From NCBI GenBank assembly GCA_035635835.1, contig DASQAH010000011.1, positions 1 to 38,605 of the forward strand: a stretch of DNA of 38,605 bases. The letters are read 5' to 3'. The notes beneath the pieces were generated by a model, which had not been told where the DNA came from, ran no database searches, and saw nothing but the letters and a program-made list of their open reading frames with translations. The position numbers were made by a program, and so were the translations under genes. Below are positions 24,463-32,155 of this stretch, one piece after another (position 1 is the stretch's first letter; each line of letters starts with the position of its first letter). Origin of the DNA: Gemmatimonadales bacterium. Lineage in GTDB: Bacteria; Gemmatimonadota; Gemmatimonadetes; Gemmatimonadales; GWC2-71-9.

Positions 24463-27414
24463 ATGCCTACGGTCACTATCAACGGCCGGCCGCTTGCCGG
24501 CACGGTCGACCAGACGATCCTGGACGTCGCCCGCGCCGCGGGGATCGAGATCCCCACCCTGTGCTGGTACCCGATGCTCCCGACCGTGGGCAATTGCCGC
24601 ATTTGCCTCGTCTCGGTGGACGGGCAACCGAAGCTCGTGCCCGCCTGCGCGACGAAGGTCGCGGACGGGATGAGCGTGACCACCGAGTCGCACGCCGCAA
24701 TCGAGAATCGCAAGGGCGTGCTGCGGCTGCTGCTGGAGCGCTACCCGGCCGAGCACTTGCGCAACGGCGGCCGCGCCAGTCCGCGCAACGAGTTCGAGCG
24801 CCATGTCGTGCAGTACGACGTCATGCCCTCCGCGGTCGTGGGCCGGGACCTGCCCCTGCGGGCCGGCGACGAGCGCCCCGGCGATCCGATGATCCGCCAC
24901 GACATGTCCACCTGTATCCTCTGCACCCGCTGCGTCCGGGCGTGCGAGGATATCCAGGTCGTCGGCGTCTTGGATGTCGGCTTCCGCGGTGAGCACACCG
25001 AGATCGTCGTCGGGGCCGATGGCGACCCCGACAGGGCCGGCTGCACCTGGTGCGGGGAGTGCGTCCGGGTCTGTCCCACCGGGGCGATCTTCGAGGTGAT
25101 GCCGAAACAGCGCTTTACGCCGGAGCAGATCCTCCGGCCACAGCGCGTGGTGCGGTCGGTCTGCCCGTACTGTGGCGTCGGGTGCCAGGTGGACCTGCAT
25201 GTCGCTGGCAACGTGGTCGCGCGAGTGACCTCTCCCGACATCGAGCTCGACACGCCGAATCAAGGCTCGACGTGTGTCAAGGGGCGCTTCGGCTACGATT
25301 TCCCCCAACACCGTGACCGGCTCACGACTCCCTACATCCGCAAGGGCTGGGTCAAGGAGCGCGGGCGGTGGCGCTGGCAGGCCGCCACCGGAACGGATCG
25401 CCGCGGCGGACCGTGGCGGTCGATCGAGGGGGAGGGCCAGGAATCCAAGCCCGGCACTGCGCCCCGCGCCACGGGGAAGTCGGTGCGGGAGCTGGGCCTG
25501 CTCGAGCGCATCGATCTGGACATCCGCGACCGGGTGGCGACACCGCCGTCATGGTACGAACCGTTCCGCGAGGCGACCTGGGAGGAAGCTCTGGAGCTGA
25601 CCACTCAGGAGCTGCTACGCATCAAGCGGGAACATGGCGGCGACGCGTTGGCGTGCTTCTCCTCCGCCAAGTGCTCCAACGAGGAGAACTATCTCCTCAT
25701 GCGTATGTTCCGCGCCGCGCTGGGCACGAACAACGTGGACCACTGCACACGGCTGTGCCACTCGACGTCAGTCGCGGCGATGCAGCGAGCGCTGAGTACC
25801 TCCGCGGCGTCAGGCTCAATGCGCGAAGTCGAGCACGAGACGGATGTGATCTTCATCGCCGGCGCGAACACGACCGAGACGCACCCCGTCTTTGGCGCCG
25901 CCCTGAAGCGAGCTGTGGAACGGGGAGCCACGCTGATCGTCGCCGACCCGCGCCGCATCGAGCTGGCGACGCGCGCGCATATCCATCTGCAGATGCTGCC
26001 CGGCACCGACGTGGCGCTGTTTACGGCGATGTTGAACCACATCCTGGCGCAGCGGCTCGAGGACACGCGGTTCATCAACGAGCGCACGCACCACTTCGAT
26101 ACGGTCCGCGCAGCAGTGCAACCCTACACGCCGGAGCGGGCGGCCAAAATCACCGGCGTGCCCGCCGACCTGATCCGCCGTGCGGCTGAGATCTACGCCC
26201 GCGGACCGAAGACGAGCACACTGTGGGCGATGGGCCTGACCCAGCACGCCAACGGCACCGACCTCGTCGCCTCGCTCCTCAACCTGATGCTCGCCTGCGG
26301 AATGATCGGCCGCTGGGGCGCGGCAATGATGCCGGTGCGAGGCCAGAACAACGTCCAGGGGGCTTCCGACGTCGGTGCGATCCCGTTCGTCTACACCGAC
26401 TACCGCTCCGTGAAGGACCCCAAGACCCGCGCCGAGTACGCCCGCACCTGGGGCGTGTCGGAAGAGTCGCTCTCCCTGAAGGAAGGGCTGATGGTGACGG
26501 AGGTGGTCAAAGCGGAGAGCGGCGTGCGTGGCATGTACATCATGGGCGAGAACCCCATCATCTCCGATCCCGACATCGCCCACGCAGAGCACTGGTTCCA
26601 GAATCTCGAGTTCCTGGCGGTGCAGGACCTGTTCCTCACCGAGACCGCCCGCTACGCCGACGTCGTGTTTCCCGGCGCGAGCTTCGCCGAGAAGACGGGG
26701 ACGTTCGTCAACACTGAGCGGCGCATCCAGCTCGGCCGCAAGGCGGTGGATCCCCCCGGCGACGCGCGGGGGGACCTCGAGATCCTGATCGCGCTCTCAG
26801 AGCGTCTCGGCTTGCGGACCGACTTCCGCACCGCCGAAGAGGTGATGCGCGAAATCAGCGCGGTGACGCCGAGTTGGCGCGGCGTCACGTACGGGCGCCT
26901 CGAGGGCGCGGGCCTGCAATACCCGGTGCCGACGGCGGATCATCCCGGGACGGCGTTCCTCTTCGCCGATCGGTTCCCGACGGCGGACGGGAAAGCGAAG
27001 TTCATCCCGGTCGAGTACACCGACCCCGTGGAGCTGCCGGACGACGCATATCCCTTCGTCATGAATACGGGACGCCAACTCTACCACTGGCACACCGGCA
27101 CGATGACGCGGCGTGCCACCGGGCTCGACGCGCGTGAGCCGACGGCCATTGTCGAGATCCATCCGCTCGATGCCGCCGAGCTCGGCGTTTCCGACGGGGA
27201 CCTCGTCCGACTGACTTCGCGACGCAACTCCATGGTGACGGCCTGCCGCGTCTCCGACCGCGTGGCCCGCGGCCAGGTGTTCGTGCCGTTCCACTTCCGC
27301 GAGGCGGCCGCCAACCTGCTCACCAACCCGGTCCTGGACCCTTACGCCAAGATGGCCGAACTCAAGGTGTGCGCAGTGCGGATCGAACGGGCGGGCAGCC
27401 GAGCTACGCTCTGA
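24463..27414 (+). CDS. fdhF: Formate dehydrogenase alpha-subunit-type molybdopterin oxidoreductase (NuoG-like 2Fe-2S/4Fe-4S N-terminus, Cys-type active site)
   Basis: 983 aa. It has a 2Fe-2S ferredoxin fold (TINGRP...CWYPMLPTVGNCRICLV) and 4Fe-4S motifs (CILCTRCVRAC, CTWCGECVRVCPTG, CPYCGVGCQ). The MopB core contains DHCTRLCHSTSV (Cys, not Sec) and RGQNNVQGASD. There is a C-terminal molybdopterin dinucleotide-binding domain. Confidence 0.92.
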   Translation: MPTVTINGRPLAGTVDQTILDVARAAGIEIPTLCWYPMLPTVGNCRICLVSVDGQPKLVPACATKVADGMSVTTESHAAIENRKGVLRLLLERYPAEHLRNGGRASPRNEFERHVVQYDVMPSAVVGRDLPLRAGDERPGDPMIRHDMSTCILCTRCVRACEDIQVVGVLDVGFRGEHTEIVVGADGDPDRAGCTWCGECVRVCPTGAIFEVMPKQRFTPEQILRPQRVVRSVCPYCGVGCQVDLHVAGNVVARVTSPDIELDTPNQGSTCVKGRFGYDFPQHRDRLTTPYIRKGWVKERGRWRWQAATGTDRRGGPWRSIEGEGQESKPGTAPRATGKSVRELGLLERIDLDIRDRVATPPSWYEPFREATWEEALELTTQELLRIKREHGGDALACFSSAKCSNEENYLLMRMFRAALGTNNVDHCTRLCHSTSVAAMQRALSTSAASGSMREVEHETDVIFIAGANTTETHPVFGAALKRAVERGATLIVADPRRIELATRAHIHLQMLPGTDVALFTAMLNHILAQRLEDTRFINERTHHFDTVRAAVQPYTPERAAKITGVPADLIRRAAEIYARGPKTSTLWAMGLTQHANGTDLVASLLNLMLACGMIGRWGAAMMPVRGQNNVQGASDVGAIPFVYTDYRSVKDPKTRAEYARTWGVSEESLSLKEGLMVTEVVKAESGVRGMYIMGENPIISDPDIAHAEHWFQNLEFLAVQDLFLTETARYADVVFPGASFAEKTGTFVNTERRIQLGRKAVDPPGDARGDLEILIALSERLGLRTDFRTAEEVMREISAVTPSWRGVTYGRLEGAGLQYPVPTADHPGTAFLFADRFPTADGKAKFIPVEYTDPVELPDDAYPFVMNTGRQLYHWHTGTMTRRATGLDAREPTAIVEIHPLDAAELGVSDGDLVRLTSRRNSMVTACRVSDRVARGQVFVPFHFREAAANLLTNPVLDPYAKMAELKVCAVRIERAGSRATL

Positions 27415-27468
27415 CGCGTGATCCCGGCCGACTCACGCCGGATGTGGGTCATCGCCCACCGCGGCGGC

Positions 27469-28186
27469 TCAGAAGCGATACGCCAGCCCGAACGCCAACA
27501 CCGGGTACACCTTCAAGTACTTGTCTACGTCGCCTTGGGTCTTGTTCGCTTGGGCTTGCAGATCGGCCGCTAGAGTCGGGTCGCTTGCGGCCCCGGTAGC
27601 GGTCAGCGAGATCGTCGGCTTCCCGATCACCGCACCCAGGTCGAACAGGAGTTTGATCGCCCTCCCGCTGCTCGCCGGCGTGCCGAAAGCCCCAGCCCAG
27701 ATACGGGCTCGCACCGGGGAACTTCCCCTGCGCCGTCAAGATCCCGACCTGGCTGCTCGAGTAGGTGCTGCCGTTGATCGTATAGGATCCCGAGGACGGC
27801 TGCCCGGTGGCGGTGATCGTCAGGGGGTTGGTGACGATGCCGCCAGTGAAGTGAAAGCCCCCGCGCTGACCCGGGTACAGGTCGATCAGAACCGCCAGAG
27901 CGTGCAGCTTGAGCGAAGCGGCGTAGCTGATGTCGGACTGCGATTTCGTCGTGCTGATCTTATAGTAGTTGACGCCCACCCGGGCCGCGATGTGACCCGT
28001 GAGCAACTTCCCAACCTCGAGACCGAAGCCGGGAGTGCCGAAGCGGAAGGCCACCGAGACGTCCGAGTGGCTCGCGGGGGGAGCTGCTTGGGAGAGCTGT
28101 TGCGCGCCGAGCAACGCGGCGCCGGTCAAAGACAGCGCTAGCGCGCCGAACAGAGGAAGCACAGAGTGTCGCATTGTAGACCTCAC
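27469..28186 (-). pseudogene. Outer-membrane beta-barrel protein gene interrupted by a single frameshift
   Basis: The N-terminal 165 aa (signal peptide MRSTMRHSVLPLFGALALSLTGAALLGAQQ plus beta-strands to ...ASPYLGWGF) lie in one frame. The natural C-terminus (...GTPASSGRAIKLLFDLGAVIGKP...VYPVLAFGLAYRF, with the terminal Phe typical of OMPs) lies in another frame (27469-27714). The span is 718 nt (3n+1), so one extra base sits between about 27680 and 27736. Confidence 0.65.
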
Positions 28187-28194
28187 CGAGTATG

Positions 28195-28229
28195 ACGAGC
28201 GGGCGACTGGAACGGCGTCGCCCCCTCGT
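28195..28229 (-). terminator. 13-bp imperfect hairpin between two minus-strand genes (no U-tract)
   Basis: ACGAGCGGGCGAC (28195-28207) and GTCGCCCCCTCGT (28217-28229) pair with one mismatch and a 9-nt loop. The hairpin lies 6 nt downstream of the stop at 28235. Whether it acts as a terminator or a stabiliser is unproven. Confidence 0.3.
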
Positions 28230-28234
28230 TCCTG

Positions 28235-28720
28235 TTATCCCACCAGCAGCAACGTGATCTCCACGACGATGCCCTGTTTCATCTCCGCGGTACACGTCCA
28301 TCCGTGTCGCACGAAATCGAGGAATCGGCCGCGCTCGCGGGCGCGGGCCGGCGCCCCCCATCGGGCCTGGATCGTGGCCGCCGAGTCCCCGACGCGTACA
28401 CCCGTTACCGCGCCGGCGCTACGCTTGCTCAGCACGATGACGTGGACGCGATGATCGTCCTTGTCCCAGGTCAGGCTGATGCCCCGCAGCTGGTAGTCCC
28501 AGAATCGCAGGCCCAGGGATTCTTGCCGGCGCTCGGGATTACCGAGCGCTGTGAGCACCGCGGAGGCAGAGTCTCCGAGTGCGACCCCGCCTACCCGCGG
28601 CGGGTCGACACTCGGGTCGGGGACTGCTGTCTGTCCCCGGGCGGAGCCAGCCTTCGTTTTCCTGGCGGTCGCCCGCTTGCGACAAGGGGAGATCGCCGAT
28701 CGACAGCACCGACGCGCCAA
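28235..28720 (-). CDS. Hypothetical small protein; 5' limit doubtful
   Basis: The C-terminal 115 aa (VGGVALGDSASAVLTALGNPERRQESLGLRFWDYQLRGISLTWDKDDHRVHVIVLSKRSAGAVTGVRVGDSAATIQARWG...) look like a genuine globular domain with high GC3. The N-terminal 45 aa from the TTG at 28720 are Arg/Cys-rich, not signal-like, and overlap a + strand coding-like segment. Confidence 0.45.
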   Translation of the reverse strand: MARRCCRSAISPCRKRATARKTKAGSARGQTAVPDPSVDPPRVGGVALGDSASAVLTALGNPERRQESLGLRFWDYQLRGISLTWDKDDHRVHVIVLSKRSAGAVTGVRVGDSAATIQARWGAPARARERGRFLDFVRHGWTCTAEMKQGIVVEITLLLVG

Positions 28721-28894
28721 CGCGATTGCAGGCTACACCGGGTTTCTGGCGCTGTGGCAGGGGGTGGACCCGGAGCTGCGCTCCTCCGTTGTGATGGCGG
28801 AGCAAGCGCTGGCGCGGCTTCGCCCTCTGACCGACTCCGCCACCCGCCGGTAGATTCCCCGGTCCATCGCACCCGGAGAGGGGGGGGGAGGCGC

Positions 28895-29686
28895 ATGGAG
28901 CTCGGCCTGAGAACCCGCGTCGCGCTGGTGTGCGGCAGTACCCGCGGACTCGGACGCGCCGTCGCGACGGCGCTGTCGCAGGAGGGCGCGCGCGTCGCGG
29001 TCAACGGCCGCCACCAAGACGCGGTGGAGCGCGTCGCGCTGGAGATCGAGGCCCATACCGGTCAAGCCGTCCTGCCCTTCAAAGCGGACGTCGGGGATTC
29101 CGGACAGGCCGAGCAACTCGTGGCGCAGGTCCAGCGCGAGATGGGCCGCCTCGACATCCTGTTCTGCAACGCCAGCGGGCCGCCCGCCGGCCCGTTCCGC
29201 GACCAGCCACGCGACGCCTGGCAGCGTGCCATCGAGCTCAACCTCCTCTCCGCTGTGCACCTCGTGCGAGCGGCCGTGCCGCTGATGCGCAAACACCAGT
29301 GGGGGCGCATCGTGTGCCTGGCCTCAGTCGCGGCGAAGCAGCCACTCCCCGGCCTAATCCTGTCGAGCACCGCGCGGGCAGGCGTGCTCGGCTTCGCGAA
29401 GTCGCTCGCCGACGAGGTCGCTGCCGACGGCATCACGGTGAACGTGGTCTGTCCGGGGTTCATCGCCACCGAGCGCATCGAAGAGCTCGCCGAGACGCGG
29501 GCCACGCGCGAGCACCGCGCCTCGCAGGAGGTGATGCGGGAGATGGTGGCGGACATTCCGATGGGCCGGATGGGCCGAACAGAGGAGCTCGGCGCGGCCG
29601 TGGCGTTCTTGGCGTCGGAACGGGCCAGCTATATTACCGGCGTCGTGCTCCAGGTGGACGGCGGGTTCACGCGGTCCATCTTCTGA
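28895..29686 (+). CDS. Short-chain dehydrogenase/reductase (FabG-like SDR)
   Basis: The ATG at 28895 is preceded by a GGAGAG-G9-AGG purine tract. It has TGSTRGLG-type motif VCGSTRGLGRAVA, NASG, the catalytic S...Y/K region (LASVAAKQP...STARAGVLGFAKSLA) and PGFIATE. 263 aa. The track ORF from 28304 is a run-on. Confidence 0.9.
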   Translation: MELGLRTRVALVCGSTRGLGRAVATALSQEGARVAVNGRHQDAVERVALEIEAHTGQAVLPFKADVGDSGQAEQLVAQVQREMGRLDILFCNASGPPAGPFRDQPRDAWQRAIELNLLSAVHLVRAAVPLMRKHQWGRIVCLASVAAKQPLPGLILSSTARAGVLGFAKSLADEVAADGITVNVVCPGFIATERIEELAETRATREHRASQEVMREMVADIPMGRMGRTEELGAAVAFLASERASYITGVVLQVDGGFTRSIF

Positions 29687-29717
29687 ACCATCCCCGTTTC
29701 CCGGTTCCCGAGTCTTG

Positions 29718-30746
29718 ATGCAAGCGATCGTGAAAGCCGAGCGCGCCCCTGGGCTGGTCGTGAAGTCGGTCCCCAAACCGTCGCCCGGCTCCGGCGAAGT
29801 GCTCATCGCCGTGCGCCACGCGGGCGTGTGCGGCACCGACCTCCACATCGCCGATTGGGACCCCTGGGCCCAGCGCCGCATGCACCCCCCGGTAGTCGTG
29901 GGCCACGAGTTCGCCGGGGAGATCGTCGCCGTGGGCGACGGTGTCGCCGAGCTCAAGACCGGTCAACTGGTGACTGCCGAAGGCCACATCGTGTGCGGGC
30001 ACTGCCTGCAGTGTCGCACCGGCAACAGCCACATCTGCCGCAACACCCGCATCATCGGGGTGGACCGCGACGGCGCCTTCGCCGAATTCATCGTGATGCC
30101 CGCTACCAACGTGCTGACCCTCGACGGCATCCCAACCGAGGTCGGGGCCATCATGGACCCCATGGGCAACGCCTTTCACACGGTGCTCACCGCGGATATC
30201 CCCGGTAGCTACGTGTTCGTCGTGGGGTGCGGCCCGATCGGGTGCTTCGCGGTCGGCATCGCGCGTGCGGCAGGGGCTGCCAAAGTCATCGCCTCAGACG
30301 TCAATCCCAAGCGACTCGCCCTCGCACAAAAGATGGGGGCGCAGGTGACGATCGACGCGACGAAGCAGGACGTGGTGCGGCAGGTCCTGGAGGCGACCGG
30401 GAACGACGGAGCGGACGTGGTGTGCGAAATGTCCGGCGTCCCCTCGGCGCTTCATCAAGCGTTCGCGTCGGTCCGCATGGGCGGCCGGGTGCAACTGTTG
30501 GGCCTTCCGAAGGGTGAGGTCCCGGTGGACTTGGCGAACGAGGTCATCTTCAAGGGGATCACGATCTATGGAGTGATCGGCCGCAAGATGTATGAGACCT
30601 GGCACCTGATGCGCCGGTTCCTTGCGAGCGGGATGTTCGATCCCCGCCCCGTCATGACCCACAAGTTCCCCCTCGCCAAGATCGACGAGGCGCTGGCAGC
30701 CATCCGGTCGGGGGACGCAGGCAAGGTCATCCTGGAGATCGCATGA
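29718..30746 (+). CDS. tdh: L-threonine 3-dehydrogenase
   Basis: Collinear with E. coli Tdh from memory: GVCGTDLHIADWDPWAQ, VVGHEFAGEIVAVG, GEGHIVCGHCLQCRTGNSHICRN, GCGPIG, ETWHLM, GKVILE. The ATG at 29718 is preferred over the TTG at 29715. Confidence 0.93.
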   Translation: MQAIVKAERAPGLVVKSVPKPSPGSGEVLIAVRHAGVCGTDLHIADWDPWAQRRMHPPVVVGHEFAGEIVAVGDGVAELKTGQLVTAEGHIVCGHCLQCRTGNSHICRNTRIIGVDRDGAFAEFIVMPATNVLTLDGIPTEVGAIMDPMGNAFHTVLTADIPGSYVFVVGCGPIGCFAVGIARAAGAAKVIASDVNPKRLALAQKMGAQVTIDATKQDVVRQVLEATGNDGADVVCEMSGVPSALHQAFASVRMGGRVQLLGLPKGEVPVDLANEVIFKGITIYGVIGRKMYETWHLMRRFLASGMFDPRPVMTHKFPLAKIDEALAAIRSGDAGKVILEIA

Positions 30747-31936
30747 GCCTCACTGGGGCGCTGCAGGCCGAGCTCGACCAGCTCAAGCGGGACGGTGTCT
30801 ATAAGCGACTCAACCATCTCGACTCCCCTCAGGGACCCCGAGTCCGCATGGAGGGGCGGGGCGAGGTGGTGATCCTGTCGTCTAACAACTATCTCGGCCT
30901 GTGCAACCTGCCCGAGGTAGTACAGGCGGGCAGAGACGCGCTAAACCGATTCGGTGCGGGCACCGGTTCCGTGCGGTTTATTTGTGGCACTTTTACGATT
31001 CACCGCGAACTCGAGGCCGCGCTGGCCCGGTTCGTTGGGTGTGAGTCCTCGCTCACATACGTGAGTTGCTGGAACGCCAACGAAGGCCTGTGCCCTACCC
31101 TCCTCGGCGAGCAGGACATCGTCATCTCCGACCAATTGAACCACGCCTCGATCATCGACTCCATCCGCCTCGCCAAGGCCATCACCAAGTGTCAGACGGC
31201 CGTCTACAAGCACTCCGACATGACGGACCTCGAAGACAAGCTCAAGGCGGCGACCCACGCCCGTCGCCGCCTGATCTTCACCGACGGGATCTTTTCCATG
31301 GAGGGGGACATCGCCCGACTGCCCGACATCGTGGCGCTGGCCCGCAAATGGGACGCGGTGGTCGCCGTGGACGACTCCCACGCGAGCGGCGTGCTGGGCA
31401 GGACCGGCCGTGGCACCGCCGAGCACTTCGGTTTGCTCGGCCAGGTAGACATCATCACCTCGACCCTGGGAAAGGCGCTGGGGGGCGCGGCTGGGGGATT
31501 CATCGCCGGCGCGGCAGCCCTGACCGACTACCTAACGCAGCGCTCCCGGCCCCAGCTGTTCAGCAACGCCCTCCCGCCCACCGTCGCGGGCAGCGCGTTG
31601 GCAGCGGTGCGACACGTGGAGCAACATCCCGAGCTGGTAACGCGACTCCGTGAGAACGCCGAGTTCTTCCGCGGCCAACTGAGTGCCCTCGGGTTCAAGC
31701 CGCTGCCCGGCAGCACCCCCATCGTGCCCGTCATCCTAGGCGAGACGGCCAAGGCGATCCAGATGAGTGAGCTCCTGCTTGCCGAAGGGGTGTTCGTCAC
31801 TGGCTTTGGCTACCCGGTGGTACCCCAGGGGCATGCGCGGGTACGGTGCCAGCTCTCGGCCGCCCACAGCCGTGACGATCTCGAGTTCGCTCTGCGAGCC
31901 TTCCGGAAGGTCGGGCGCCAGCTGGGCCTGATTTGA
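30743..31936 (+). CDS. kbl: Glycine C-acetyltransferase (2-amino-3-ketobutyrate CoA ligase)
   Basis: 397 aa, alpha-oxoamine synthase family. Motifs: SNNYLGL, GTGSVRFICGT, DQLNHASIID, VDDSHASGVLG and the PLP lysine context TSTLGKALGG. ATGA overlap with tdh. The tdh-kbl pairing is the canonical threonine degradation operon. Confidence 0.93.
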   Translation: MSLTGALQAELDQLKRDGVYKRLNHLDSPQGPRVRMEGRGEVVILSSNNYLGLCNLPEVVQAGRDALNRFGAGTGSVRFICGTFTIHRELEAALARFVGCESSLTYVSCWNANEGLCPTLLGEQDIVISDQLNHASIIDSIRLAKAITKCQTAVYKHSDMTDLEDKLKAATHARRRLIFTDGIFSMEGDIARLPDIVALARKWDAVVAVDDSHASGVLGRTGRGTAEHFGLLGQVDIITSTLGKALGGAAGGFIAGAAALTDYLTQRSRPQLFSNALPPTVAGSALAAVRHVEQHPELVTRLRENAEFFRGQLSALGFKPLPGSTPIVPVILGETAKAIQMSELLLAEGVFVTGFGYPVVPQGHARVRCQLSAAHSRDDLEFALRAFRKVGRQLGLI

Positions 31937-31944
31937 GGGGGACT

Positions 31945-31962
31945 AGGGGAGCAACCCCTTTT
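31945..31962 (+). terminator. Weak terminator-like hairpin AGGGG-agcaa-CCCCT followed by TTT after kbl
   Basis: A 5-bp stem, 5-nt loop and short T run, 9 nt after the kbl stop. The stem is short, so confidence is low. Confidence 0.3.
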
Positions 31963-32046
31963 GGCAGAATAGCGACACTGATGCGACACTTGAGCCCTGG
32001 CTAACCCGGACTTCAAGTAGTTTCACGACTCGGCCTGTTAACATGC

Positions 32047-32075
32047 TTGTGCACAACGGCCTAGCACCTTATCTT
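32047..32075 (+). promoter_or_regulatory. Candidate promoter TTGTGC - 17 nt - TATCTT with a perfect 10-bp palindrome TTGTGCACAA over the -35
   Basis: TTGTGC lies at 32047-32052 and TATCTT at 32070-32075. The palindrome spans 32047-32056. The site is in a low-GC intergenic region about 80 nt upstream of the OMP start. Confidence 0.3.
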
Positions 32076-32155
32076 CGGACCCTCATTCGATGACCCAATT
32101 CTGTTGGCAGCCCTCGGCCCTTGGAGGGCTCCGGTCACCTGGGAGGAGTCGTCCC

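Noticed and set aside
25700-25760. Possible selenocysteine (in-frame TGA) at the formate dehydrogenase active site
   Set aside because: The active-site position reads DHCTRLCHSTSV with Cys. The ORF has no internal TGA, so no SECIS or recoding is needed.
27521-28141. 206-aa + strand ORF over the barrel pseudogene
   Set aside because: It is antisense to a gene with a clear signal peptide, beta-strand pattern and terminal Phe. The translation is Arg/Ala/Gly-rich with no motif.
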